From the NCBI RefSeq assembly GCF_009834535.1, contig NC_045696.1, positions 74,154,001 through 74,218,000 of the forward strand: a stretch of 64,000 bases of DNA, given 5' to 3'. This document shows, piece by piece, positions 26,220-38,568 of this stretch (the stretch's first letter is position 1; the number at the start of each line of letters is the position of its first letter). A model generated the notes under the pieces. It was not told the origin of the DNA. It made no database searches and worked only from the letters and a program-made list of their open reading frames with translations. Source of the stretch: Camelus ferus. Lineage: Eukaryota. The position numbers and the translations under genes are program-made.

Positions 26220-27570
26220 GGAGTGACATTAGTAAGATGATAAACTAGGAGGTTCTAGCCCTCATGCCCCCACAGAAACAATAATTTAATAACTATGTCA
26301 TCACCAATGAAAATAGCTCTGGAAAGCTCTGGACTACAATTAAGAAACTATAGCAAAACAGTGAAGCACAAAAACTGAAGATGGCTGTGTAGAAAAATGT
26401 AGGAAGCATTTTACCTGTATCATCCCATCCTCCAGCCCAGCAAAGCTTAGGGCCAAGAGGGATCCCCTGGGTTTTAAGTTCTTCCCACAGGGGAAAAGGA
26501 AACCAGAAGGACCCCAGCAGCCTTCATCACCAAGGACTACAGTTTACCCCAACTGACAGAGCTGCTTGGAGTCCATGCCACTATACGCCCCCTAAGCAGG
26601 AGCTTGTCACTGCATCCAGCCAGGGCCAGAGGTGCTGCACCCTTCCCTCCTTCACTCCACTTCCCCCCGAGCCCTGATGCCACAGCATGGGCACCTATGT
26701 CCCAGACAACGGCACTGCCATGACTGTACATACACCTTTGCCCCTGACCCTGGCACCAAGAAGGACGGCTGTGATTTACCTCCAATAGGGAGAAAAAGAG
26801 GAGGAGGATTCCAGCAGCCTCATCACCATTCACTGTGCACATCTGCAGTGCAAGTGAAGTTAGGTTGTATCAACTTAAAATAGAAAATTATAACTATAAG
26901 ACATTTTATGCAAAACAAAAAACTATGGTAGATACACAAAAGATAAAAAGAAAAGAATCAAAGCAAATCACTACAAAAAATCATCAAGTAACAAAGGAAG
27001 ACAGCAAGAGAGGAAGAGAGGGACAAAACAATTGCAAAACAGACAGAGAACAGTGAACAAAATGGCAATATTAAGTCTTACCTATCAATAATTACTTTAT
27101 AAAAACTCCTCCATCAAAGGCGTAATGTGGCTGAATGGATGAAATAAAAAACCACAGAGATGCTGTTTACAAGAGACTCACTTTAGATTTAAAGACACAC
27201 AGGCTGAGAGTAAAGAGGTGGGAAAAGATATTCTATGTAAATGGTAACCAACAAGAAAGCAGGACAGCTGTACTTATATCAGACAAAATAGACATTAACT
27301 TAGAAACTGCCTCTACAGACAAAGGAAATCATTATATAATGATAAGAGGGTCAATTAAATAGGTAGATAGGACAATTAAACAGCCATATGAATGCAGTTA
27401 ACAATATAGCATTGTACACTGGAAATTTGCTCAGAGAGTAGATTTTAAATGTTCTCACCATGCACACACCAAGGAAATGGTAACTACGTCAGGCGATGTG
27501 TTAATCAGCTTGGTTGTGGCAATTATTTCACAATGTGTATGCGTATATAGAAACATCAAGCTGTATATAG
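26220..27570 (+). mobile_element. Internally deleted L1: 5'UTR (26220-26850) + inter-ORF/ORF2 endonuclease N-terminus (26850-27378) + L1MA9/10-like 3' end (27380-27570)
   Basis: L1-type start ggagtgacattagtaagatg. ORF 27135-27362 (THRLRVKRWEKIFYVNGNQ...AVLISDKID...KGNHYIMIRGSI) matches the L1 endonuclease. 3'UTR gaaatttgctcagagagtagattttaaatgttctcacca. Confidence 0.85.
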
Positions 27571-28599
27571 AAGACCAGGAATAAGTGAACACATATGTGA
27601 ACAAACACCCACTTTTTGAGCAACTTTGATGGGCCAGGCATTGTGCTGGGCCCTCTCATATTTGCCATATGAGTTAAGCTCCACAGCAAGCCCATGCCTG
27701 TGAGGGTCCTCCGTGTGCAGATGAAGATACAAACATGGAGAGGAGATCAGCCTCCTGAGCCCTCACTTGGAATGTTTTGTGTAGGAGTGCAAAAGCCCAG
27801 AGAGATGGAAGCTGTGCTCCATCTGTGTGGTTCTCAGCTCCACTGCAGAATTGCCTGAGCAACTGGCCTGGCCCTCCTCCGCGTGTCCTGGTCCTGGGGC
27901 CAGGCCAGCACTCTGAGCCACTCTCCAGAATTCCATGTGTCTGGCCATGGGGGCAGGGCTATGCTCCATTAGAAAGAGTGAATGCCAGGAACAGGTATGG
28001 GACTGGGGGCTGATTAAGGAGTGGGGAAGAGGAAAGGATGCTATCTTCAATGTAAGCAGAGTGTGAAGTGGAAGTATTTTTTTAAAAATACATTTTTGTA
28101 TAACAGTGAGAGTAGTTTTCTTATCTTTCCCATCCCAGACCTTGAGATAGTATCAATCAGAATAGCTGCTTTATTTTAGTTTTTTGAAGTGTCATTTATA
28201 TAATTCTAACATATGAAAATCTATGTTCGTGAAATAAAGAGGGCATTATTTTATTTACTAAAGTAATCATTATAAAATTCCTTTAACCAACGAGTACCCC
28301 CAGAACATTTAAAAATGGATCTGTTTCTTGAAGCTTTGTCTATTACCCTAAGCAGCAAGGTGTCCTGGTACGTCAAACTGTCAGTCTCCCATGCCATTGA
28401 AGATGGTACCTGTACCTCAGGACTGAGAAGAAAAGTGAAAAAGCACTGAAATAATTTTATTCCTGTCCCTTCTCACTCCCCCAGACTCTGACCATCATAT
28501 CTCTGTGCTCCTGGCCACCTCTCCCATTTCTTGTCCCATTAACATAAGTGATGAGGCAAAGTAAGAGGCCCTGTTATGTGTGGATGGGAGAAGGGGCGA

Positions 28600-28986
28600 G
28601 TGCCTCCGGTTGTGTTCCTTGGAAGCAGATACTTAGACAAGCATAATGTCTATGAAAGGAAGGGAAGGGGGAGGAAGCAAGATTGGTCAAGAGGAGATTT
28701 TAGATCATGATACAGGTGTATCAAGACCTCTGCCGACCCTGTGGGGCTCCAGAGCAGATATTGACCATCAGAGGAACTCTGCATTGGGCTGAAGTATTCT
28801 GCCATGTTGCTCAGTCACTGGCTGCCGATCATCCCAGGAAGAGTGAGGCCCTGGCTCTCTGCAGTTGCGACAAACTCTGAAGAAGCTAGTGATTTGAGGC
28901 TGTCTGCTGTTTGCTGCTTCCTGCAGTCAGGCAGAAATGTATTCCTGGAAGCAGGATCTGGGCAGCTCATTTCTTTGTCTACTACC
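28600..28986 (-). mobile_element. ERVL LTR (LTR16A/B-like)
   Basis: gttccttggaagcagatact...ggaagcaagattggtcaagaggag...ggggctccagagcag...ggatctgggcagc...ctacc. Confidence 0.75.
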
Positions 28987-29330
28987 ATCCATCCCTTGGA
29001 CCCCCTGGATCTCCTTCTCCACATGTTTTGGCAGCAGATCCTCTGGGATTCTGGTGGACCTCCTTTCTTGAGACAAGCTTAGAAAAGGAATGTTAGTAGG
29101 ACAAGGTCTAGCTCCCACAGCTGACATTGGTACCAACAACTGGTACTCATCGTCTCCCTCCTCCACTCAGCTTTTCAGGGTCTCCTCACCTTCCGTACTA
29201 ACCCTTCTCTATAGCGTACCTGGTAGCCCTACCTAAACCCTTATCCCTGAGGGTTCTGAGCCCATCAGAATGTCCCACCATGGGCCAAAATGACCCACCA
29301 CTTATACCCCTGCCTTGTGTACTCAATGGA
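28987..29330 (-). mobile_element. ERVL internal sequence adjoining the 3' LTR (ERV3-16A3-like)
   Basis: Directly abuts the LTR; atccatcccttg reads as a polypurine tract (caagggatggat) on the minus strand. Confidence 0.55.
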
Positions 29331-30149
29331 TGGGTACAACCCTGAGAAGAGTACCACTTCAGTACCACTCTCTGAAGCCAAGACAGATCCTAAAGGACCA
29401 ATGAGTGTACCTTAGAATGGCCTGTAATGAAAAAGAGTATGAAATAATTCATCTATTATTCAGTATTTGTATGTTTATTTTTGTTTTTTAAGTGAAACAA
29501 ATAATTTTTGTTTGTTTGTTTAAAAGTTTAGGTTTTTCTGTAAAACCATGTATCTCTGGGTTACTAGGTAGAACAGAACAGGAGGAAATGGCCATCTGTC
29601 TCTCAAATAAGTGTGAGTTTTTGATTCAGTAGGTGGTTGTTGTGTTAAAGAACACAGGTCCTTTGGGATGTCTGTCTTCATTCCTTAAAAAAAATGAGAC
29701 ATACATTCTAAAATAGTCCTGTTTGGTTGTTTAAGAGTCAGTTATTTTTCTGATAACTAAAGCTTCACAAAAATAAATTCATCTCTTGGGGATGAATGGG
29801 CATCAATGTCAGAAATGAACAGACTTAAGAGAGGCTAATGTATAACCTTCCTCCCTGGGAGGAGGCTCTGCTCTGTGTGAGCCACCCAGCAGGCTCGCCT
29901 CAATAGGGACACAGTGATTCTTGCAGTTGTTGCACAAGCAGTAGTATGTCCATGCCCGAGTTTGGAACCTAAGAGGGGCTAGAGTCCTGTGAATTGATTG
30001 GTGGGACTGAGCTATAAATATGTTTATCACTATCAGTGTAGTTGGTAGACTTCAGTGGCTTGAGTCTTTATACGTGTATATACATACTTTGTATGTATAC
30101 AAACGTTGCAGATAAAATTCCAATATCTGTGTCCATGGGAGAACACAGG

Positions 30150-30216
30150 TACATATATACATATATATGTATACATATAGAGAGAGAGGGAGAGAGAGAG
30201 GGAGAGAGAGAGAGAA
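30150..30216. repeat. Compound (TA/CA)n-(GA)n microsatellite
   Basis: acatatatacatatatatgtatacatatagagagagagggagagagagagggagagagagagag. Confidence 0.9.
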
Positions 30217-30299
30217 ATCTGGCATATTGGCAAATTAACCAACCTTTCTGTTGATGAAAAGCATCTTGCCTAAGTCCTGAATACAAATTAACCTTTAGA

Positions 30300-30700
30300 A
30301 ACTACAATGTCAAATCCTTTAGTAGAGTTCTTTAAGGGCAGGGACCTTATTGAAGCTCCTAGAGGGATGCTTGGCATATTGAAGTTACTCAATTAATGTT
30401 CCTTGAATGAAGGATGGATAGATGATGAATGAATGATATTTGATTAAGTACATGCAGAAGAAGGAAGTGAGTCAATCAGTCCTTTGGAGCTGTCAGTGAT
30501 GATTTACTTCATTTAGCTCAAATCAATGCCAATGGTTATAATGATAGGCATTGTAAGAATAGGAATAGACTTCAGGAATCATCTAGTTAAATTCTTTTAC
30601 CCATGAGAAAAGTGAGGCTTAGAGGAGTGAAATGACTCACATAAGATCACTCAACCAATCTGTGATCTAACCAGTTCCAGATTCCAAGAATTCTGCCTTT
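30300..30700. mobile_element. L2 tail (+, ~30320-30435) and MIR (-, ~30540-30700)
   Basis: agttctttaagggcagggacc...tgaatgaa; ttacccatgagaaaagtgaggcttagaggagtgaaatgact. Confidence 0.7.
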
Positions 30701-30828
30701 GAATTCACAGTGCTGCCAGATGGTTGTCAGCAGATCTTAAATTGGTTCTACATAGATATGTCCGTATATGTAATGCCATATGTGTGAGTGAGAAAGAGAG
30801 AGGGTATATGTGTATATATGCAGCATTT

Positions 30829-30985
30829 CTTTTTTTTTTATAATTGACATCTATCACTGTATGAGTTTCAGGTGTACAGCATAAAGGTTTGACTTGCATA
30901 TATTGTGAAATTATTACCATAGTAGGTTTAATTAATATCCATTTTACATAGATCCAATAAAAAGTACAAAAAAGAAAGAAAAAAT
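30829..30985 (-). mobile_element. L1 (L1MA9-like) extreme 3' fragment
   Basis: Poly(T); ataattgacat...tttcaggtgtacagcat...tatattgtgaaattattacca. Confidence 0.75.
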
Positions 30986-31779
30986 GTCTGATTCCGTTTC
31001 AGGTTTCTTCTTGTTTTCCCCTCATAATGCTGTTTGCATAGGGATGGTCATCTAACTGTGCACACGCATGTGACCCCTGTCTGGTTCTCCTCCCTTTACC
31101 AGTACTCTCTCTCTTGGAATGTTTTCTCTTTGTGGATATTTTCGAGTTCACTTCATTTTCAGTTCTAGTAAATCTGATCGTTGAAAACAGCCGGGGCCCT
31201 GTCTTGTGTGCCTGTTCTGTTTATAGTCTCTGCACTATGCACATTTTGGTCTTCTGCAGGTGCAGTTACTAGATTTAAGCCATATCATGTCATGCACTTT
31301 GCTGTTCACTTTCCATCTCTGGTGCCCTCTGCAGCTAGCCTTTTAACAGAGTGCCTGCTGTTATCATTAAAGGGTCCATAGAGCTCTGTTACAGAATAAT
31401 AACCTTGGCAGCCTGGTGCCAAGTGCCAAACCACTCTCCACAGCTGGTTCTAAAATTTGGTCTTCTCTGGCACTCGGTCACCAGTAACTTGGAAGCTGGC
31501 CTTCAGTGACCTTTCTATTTTTAATTGCAGTCTTATTTTCCTTCTCCCATTCTTTCTCCTCTTTTCCTTTGCCTCTGTAATGTCTTGTTTCAGGTCAGGC
31601 TCAGCTCAACTTCCACTTTCTTCATTTAACCTCTCAATTCTCCTGACAGCTCATTCTTCTCCTTTGTAAAAGCCATACTTTGCAGAATGTTCTCAGTCTA
31701 TAATTGGGGTTTGGCTCATGCTTAGGCAAAAGTATGTATTTTATTTCTAATTATAAAGTACTACTTTATAACTTGAAAG

Positions 31780-32645
31780 AAAATATTTATGGAGCAGGGA
31801 TGCTGCAAGCTTGGTGATGGAGCACCGAATGACGTTGTCCCTGTCCTCAGTGGAGCTAACAGCTGAGAGGGGAAGGCAGATTATAAGTGAATATACAGTC
31901 AGTCGAAGTGAGGAAGGGGAAGAAGGCAGGGGGAGGAAACACACAAGAACAGAGAAGTGAAGGAGCAATGCCTTGGGTAGTGTCAGGAAAACCTCTCTAA
32001 GGATATGACATTGAACAGAGACAAGGATGAATTGAAGTAGACTCTGCAGAGACCTGGGCAAGTGTGTACCAGGCAGAGGAACTAACAAAGGCAAAGTCCT
32101 TGAGGTGGGAACAAGCAGGTCATTTCAGAGATGAACAAGAAGGCCACTGTGGCCTGAGGAATGGTGGAAGAGGGGAATGGTAGAAAGCTGGGGAGGTGAG
32201 CCAGGACCAGCTCCCATACAGCCCAGGGAAAGATTTGAGGAAGCCATTGGGAAAGAAATGCAGAACAACACAGTTTGAATTGTGTACTCCTAGAACTCTT
32301 CTAGCTGCACTGTGGAGTATTGACTTGGAGGAGGGGAAGAGGATGAACAAGAGTGGAAACAGGGAAGCCAATTAGGTGGCTATTGAAGTAAATCTAGGTA
32401 GGATTTCAGAGGATGGCAGTAGAGCTTATCAGAAGTGGTCAAATTCAGGATATATTTTGCTCTAATGTGTGCTCTTCTAAAGAGAGGAGGCAAGAATGAC
32501 TCCTAGGTTTTTGGCCTGAGCAAAAGGAGAATGGAGAGAGAGCTCATTAATAATTTGTGAAAGTCTGGCAGGGTACACATACCTGGCTTGTGTGGTAGGT
32601 AGGGAAGAAATTTAAGAGTTCTGATTAGATGCAAGTTTGAGATGC
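31780..32645 (-). mobile_element. L2a-like LINE 3' portion
   Basis: aaatatttatggagca...gtccctgtcctcagtggagctaacag...tcaggaaaacctctctaagga...caaagtccttgaggtggga...gactcctaggtttttggcctgagc. Confidence 0.85.
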
Positions 32646-33204
32646 TGGACTTGGAAAATTCCAAAGAATAAAAAAGCCGTGTTTAAAAATCTCAGATACA
32701 ATGCCCCAATTCAAAGGAAAATACCTATTAACATTGTAGTTTTTCTTTCTGAATGTATTCACTTCATATTTTTTATTTTAGCTGTAAACCTGCCTTATTC
32801 AAAAGATCTGTGTACTTTGAACTCATATACAAAACCATATTGTATTAGATGGTGTTTCAATGTGTATAGGGAATTTTCTGAAAAGTTTCTTTCTCTGTGC
32901 AAACTAAAAGTATCTGTGCAAGTTTGAAATATACGTAGCTGAGAAGACTCCAAGAGAGCCCAGGCCTTAATGTTTGGGAAGGTGGCTGGTCTTCTCCCAT
33001 GGTAAATACCGTGTGGGAGTAATGGGTAGTAATAGGTAGTAATGGGTGGATATATAATCTGCTCTCCATTCTATCAGCTATTGATGTTTAATATTAATAA
33101 GGGGTAGAACAGGATGAAGTCAGCCTCATAAGAAGCTCTGTGTGGGTCTAAAGAGAGGCTAGTATTGATTTTTAGAAGCTGGACGCTAAAGTGGATTGCA
33201 TTCG

Positions 33205-33415
33205 AAACGCCCTGTACTGAGAGTGAGGACACCTGTCCTCCAGTCCTGGCATTGTCATTTTACTACTGTGTGACCTTCAGTCCCATGATCTCCCCGGAAT
33301 TCAGTTTCTGTACATCTGCAGTAGGCTCAACACTATGAAACTCATAGGACTACTTTGAGGATTCAAGAAAATAATGTATATGGAAATACTTCAGGGGTAA
33401 TGAAATAATATAAAA
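33205..33415 (+). mobile_element. MIR SINE
   Basis: ccagtcctggc...tactgtgtgacctt...tcagtttct...tgaggattcaagaaaataatgtatatggaa. Confidence 0.75.
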
Positions 33416-34550
33416 TATAATATTTTATATATAATACAAAAAATAAATGTCATACAAAGATATATATATACAAATAACCAGTGGGCTATATAGGAATCAT
33501 ATTTCTAATTATGCTGTACCATACAAATAGGCCAATGGTGCAATTATGTATGTAAAACACATCAGTTATTTTTAAACACTAAGAGCTGTAAAATTACACA
33601 TTACCTGGAATTGAAGTTATAATTTTCTCATATATCAATATCAAAATATACATAATTATAATTACAAATAAAATGACATGTCATAATATACCTCATCTCT
33701 TAGGATTTGCTAACATAAGTAAATAGACATGGTAACTATGAATGAGTATTATGAGAACAAGTGGATGAAAAAATGTCTCAGTGGTTTGATCTGAGCATTC
33801 ACCACCAACCAAAATTTTTCTAGGTACCTCTGTTAATTTTTCAGTGATGTACCTGCATAAATACAAATTATGTAGTTCCTGTTCTAGATACGTTGAGACC
33901 ATCTTTGAAGGTGTGTGTATATGTCTGATATGCCTCTTTATTTTATTCACATAACCTCATATATATTCTACTTTGATTATAAATATCTGTCAAAAACTAT
34001 AGAAAGAAATAAGACTTATGGATAAAATTGAACTGAATGGAGATTCAAGGACAATGCTGATTTACACAGCTAAAGAACCCTCTAAGTCTTAAAATTATTC
34101 ATTTTATTTCATAAAATGTAATATGGAGCCTTTCTACAGCGAACACTAAGGCATAAAAATAAACTTGTTACTCAATAAAGTGTAACAAGTTTTTTTTTTA
34201 AATGTATGTACCTACACCAGCAGGTACATTGAAAACAGCATATGAAAATTGTTTCACTTGTTCTTTATATAATGCCTTATTTCAAAAAATACTTGAAATT
34301 ATTTATGAAACAACATCAGTAAAAATGATATGGTTAAGGAACAGATTTAAAGGAAAAATGAAGGTAGGAAAAGAACTCAAAGTTGGGAGGCAATGTTTTT
34401 ACAAAGAAAAATAAAATGCTGAAAGACCTTTGCTATGGATTTGATTGCTCCTGATTTTGTTCTGAGTTTCCTAGAAGGCCCAGCACAAAAGGAAATATGA
34501 GTTATGAGTCACAGGGTCAATTTTATGAAAGCAAGTAATGTGGGAATTTC

Positions 34551-34697
34551 TTTTGTTGTGGTTTTTTCTACCAAAGAAACACATTTGTATAAGTAAATAT
34601 AACTTGAATGGTGTAGGGCATTAATTTTGATGTGATTTTTTTTCCCCAAAGAAACACATTTGTGTAAGTAAATATAACTTGAATGGTATAGGCCATT
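34551..34697. repeat. Tandem duplication, ~74-75-bp unit, 2 copies
   Basis: ccaaagaaacacatttgt(a/g)taagtaaatataacttgaatggt(g/a)tagg(g/c)catt at 34571 and 34646. Confidence 0.95.
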
Positions 34698-35574
34698 TCC
34701 TTTTTTCACTTAAAATACTGTGGTTATCAATTTGGTAATGAGTCATTAAATTGAGAATCAACCTATATAATCCATTGGTGCCATAGAAATCACCTATGAC
34801 TTAATAGGTACTTTCAAAAAGCAATATAATTTGACCAAGTTGGTAATGACCTGGAGATTTATAGTGAACACAGGGAAGTAGGAAGGACTTGCAGTGGAAA
34901 GAGTATCAAGCTAAAATTTAAAAGTGTGGTTTTATATCTGACTCTCTTGCTTGTTACTAGTTTTATTATCAAAAAAGAGAAACCTTCTTAGTTTGCATTT
35001 TTTCATCTGAAAACTTCTGATTTTGAAGTAGATGATATTTAATCTACCTTTCTAGCTGTGAGAATCTGAGTTTGCGATTATCCTCTGGATTCAAGATAAA
35101 CAAAGTGGATTGCCTTGAAAAAGGAAAATAATGTTCAGGATGATAGTGAGTGCCAGAGTACCAGAAAAAAGATAACAGTGACTCATTAAATGCATTGATG
35201 TATTAATTCTGTAATATTTTAAAATACTTAATTTTGGTATAAAGATTTCAGACATAGTTTTTCCTATGTAGTAACTCTCCATTTCTGAATGCCTGATCTG
35301 AGAGTCAATAACTAGGAACCTATACTGGGACATACAGCTGAAAAATCAAACGTTCTAAATCTTCGGTTCATTAGAAGGCCCACACACTCTCGAGTTCCTC
35401 ACCTTACCACAAAAATTCAGAAATCTGGGAAAAATAAGAACATAAAAAGGAAAGAGTTGTTTTATAAAACGTTTTCAAATGGTCGAGTAATTAAATGACC
35501 CAGTTGTTGGAAGATGAATTAAAGATAACTGTTACGCTTTTCATATATAGCCTTTTCCTTATCAGTAGGTTGAG

Positions 35575-35995
35575 AAAATTATTTTTCTGATTATATAAGA
35601 ATTACATGTTCATTGTAAAAAAATTACAAAGAAATATAAATAAGAAACTATAAATTACTCCTGACTACACCTCCTAGAAAAATGATCACAATTACTATTT
35701 TGGTGAATTTTCCTCTAGCACTTTTTGTATATATTTAAATATGATAATAACAGAATATTTATTGAATGTTACTATGTGTCACAAACTATGCTAAATACAT
35801 GCACTTTCTCATTTGTCTTTCAACAAGCTCATGAGTGTGCATATATTAGTATTTGGCATTTAGCATATATATACATGTACATAGATATGCACACATGCAT
35901 ATATATACCAAACTTTGTAAGGTCCCATATGTCCTTTTTAAATTCTTCTCTTATCTCTTAGGATTATATTATGAGCAGTACCTCATGTACTTATC
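35575..35995 (-). mobile_element. L1ME-type 3' end with a MIR piece (~35745-35835)
   Basis: ctgattatataagaattacatgttcattgtaaaaaaatt; atatttattgaatgttactatgtgtca. Confidence 0.55.
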
Positions 35996-35999
35996 ACTC

Positions 36000-36460
36000 T
36001 AGGGCCCTCTCACTACACAGCCTGCAAGAGACAGCACTAGGACCTCAGGATCCCACCTGCTGTATGACTGAACAAGGATGGACTCTTTGCCAAGTAGGGC
36101 CAGTCCACCAGTCTTGGTGATAAAATGGAACTGAGGAACTGAAAAAGAGTCAGGCAGATAAGGGTCTATGCTGGAGCTTGAAGCTATTTTCAGCAGTGGA
36201 CACATTAAGTAAACAGAGAAAGCTTGTCTGAAAGGTGAAAACAAGAAAATGGAGGAGATACTTAGAAAGTGGGGTGTGAGAAATGGGCAGTTTTGTGTCC
36301 GGAGTGAGGGGACAGGAAGAATAGCTGCCAGAAGCATCTCCAGTTGCAGGAGATATTGCTAACCTTCCTCCGAATTGATTCCAAAACTCTTCTCTGTATC
36401 TTTTCTCTACACATATTTTTAACTTAAGCTAATTTGAGTGTTTCTGTTCTTAAGATATCA
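36000..36460 (+). mobile_element. Old MaLR LTR (MLT1M/N or LTR67-like)
   Basis: agagaaagcttgtctgaa; terminal aacttaagctaatttgagtgtttctgttctt. Confidence 0.5.
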
Positions 36461-36785
36461 TGTCAGCATGTATTAAGTAATGACTAACTTGCTATGTGAA
36501 AGACATCATTTGAAATGTTTTATGTCCATTTATCTCATTTATTATCTTTTAATCTTTATCTCAACCCTAAGAGATAAGTATAATTATCTTAATTTTGCAT
36601 ATGAGGAAACTGAAGCTTAAAGCACTTGAGCAGAAGGTACTATGTGGAAATGTCAGGCTTACTGCCCCCCACTACCACCCCTCAACACAGGTTTTGCCTT
36701 TGTCAACTCCTCAAACCCTGCCAAAATGACCAAAAGGGGAGTTTTTGAAAAGGCTTATATACACCAGGACTAAAAGTACAAAATT

Positions 36786-37097
36786 AGTTTACAAAACAGA
36801 GACAAACTCACAGACATAGAAAACAAATTTATTGTTACCACAGGGGGAAAGGGGGTGGGAAGGGATAAATTGGAAGTTTGAGATTTGTAGATACTAACTA
36901 CTCTATATAAAATAGCTAAACAACAAGGTCCCATTGTATAACACAGGGAGCTATATTCAATATCTTATAATAGCCTATAATGGAAAAGAATATGAAAAGG
37001 AATATATATATGTGTGTGTATAACTGAATCACTATGCTGTACACCAGAAACTAACACAACATTGTAAATCAACTATACTTCAATAAAAAAATAAATT
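36786..37097 (+). mobile_element. L1 3'-end fragment (~310 bp), cetartiodactyl-type, inserted in HAL1
   Basis: tttacaaaacagagacaaactcacagacatagaaaacaaa...G-rich tract...aatcaactatacttcaataaaaaaataaa. Confidence 0.9.
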
Positions 37098-38321
37098 AAA
37101 AACAAAGCAATTGGACAAATTTAATTAATGGAATAAATCCAAGAAACTGAATCCTAAACTGGCAGTGAGAAAATTTGAAAAGCAATTCATTTTGCCTTAT
37201 GTAAATAACATCAGAACTCAAGAGAGACACCAAGAAGTGAAGTACAAGAGAAGATGGGGCTGAAAACTGGAGAAATGGTTGATAGCGCTGAAGCCCTAGA
37301 TCTAGAACCCTGCCCGACACGTGCAAGTACCTGCTTCTTGTCTCCCCACTTCCCACCCCACTTCCGGGAAGATACTGGAGGTTTAGTCCAGGGAAAGAGT
37401 AAAACAGAGGGTCCCTCAAATGGGAGCTACCAGGGCATTTAAGGATATGGGTGCTGTGTCAAAAGCACAGGAACTGGGTACACATGTACATGGAGGCTCT
37501 CTTCCAAAATGCCGTCAGCCAGACTCTTCCCATTCAGGCTGGAGACTGGAACACTAATCTCTTAGCAATGAGACTAACCCAAACATCAAGAATTCCCTAA
37601 TGAAACAGCCCAGCCATTTCACTACACATATGCCCAGTCAGCAAGCTCCACCCACCTGTGCAAAGTCTCCAGTCTAATACAAATAGCCTATGGCCACCAG
37701 ATAACACAGATAAAATACAAGCAAAAATAAAAAGGGCAACTTGGATAAATTTTTTAAAAATCAAAATATTCTGATTAATGTGAATATGAATATATGAGAG
37801 AGGTTCATGAGATGATAAACCTATGGGGGAAAAAACCCAGAGTGTTTTAAAGAAGTACATTCAGAAGACACAAAGAAAGCACTCTTGGATGTTAAAACAT
37901 AACAGCAGAAATAACAAATTCAGTAGAAACTTTGGAAGATAAAGCTGAGGAAAGCTTATATAAAGCTTATATAAAGCAAAAGGTAAAGCTATGGAAGACA
38001 GAACAGACAGAGAATAGGAAAGTGAGTGGGACCTGGTCCACGAAATCTAGAAACAGAGAACAGAGAAAATGGAAGGGAGGAAACCTATACAGAAGTAACT
38101 CGAGAACCTTCTCCAGAGCTGAAGCACAGCGTTTCCAGACTGAAATGGCTCGCTGTGTGTTCATGGTAATGAATGAGAAAAGACCCACCACAAGGCACAG
38201 CATTGGGAAATGTCAGGATACTGAATTCAAAATAAGAAGAAGAATAACAAAAGTATTCAGATTAAAGTTCATGGTTTTGTTGAAAACACCACTAATCAAT
38301 TTGTCAGTAAGGCATGAAGGC

Positions 38322-38568
38322 TAAGAGCCTGAGCTTGCCATCCAGCTCAGCTGAATTCGAATCGCAGACTCTATACTCACTAGACCTGTAACTCTGGGAA
38401 ATTCACTGTAACCCTGAGTCTCAGTTTCCATATCTGTAAAAAGGAAGTTAAATGTAGCACCTACCTCACAGGTTTACTGTGAGAACTACATGAGATAATA
38501 AACATAAATACATACAGAATCGTGACTGGCACATGGTCAGTGCTGAGAAAATGTTAGCCTTTGTTACT
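38322..38568 (+). mobile_element. MIR SINE within HAL1
   Basis: ctgagtctcagtttccatatctgtaaaaagg...ctacctcacagg...gtgagaactacatgagataat...ctggcacatggtcagtgct. Confidence 0.85.

Noticed and set aside
30066..30216. Inverted repeat tatacatac/gtatgtata and Z-DNA-like tract
   Set aside because: A by-product of low-complexity TA/CA microsatellite sequence.
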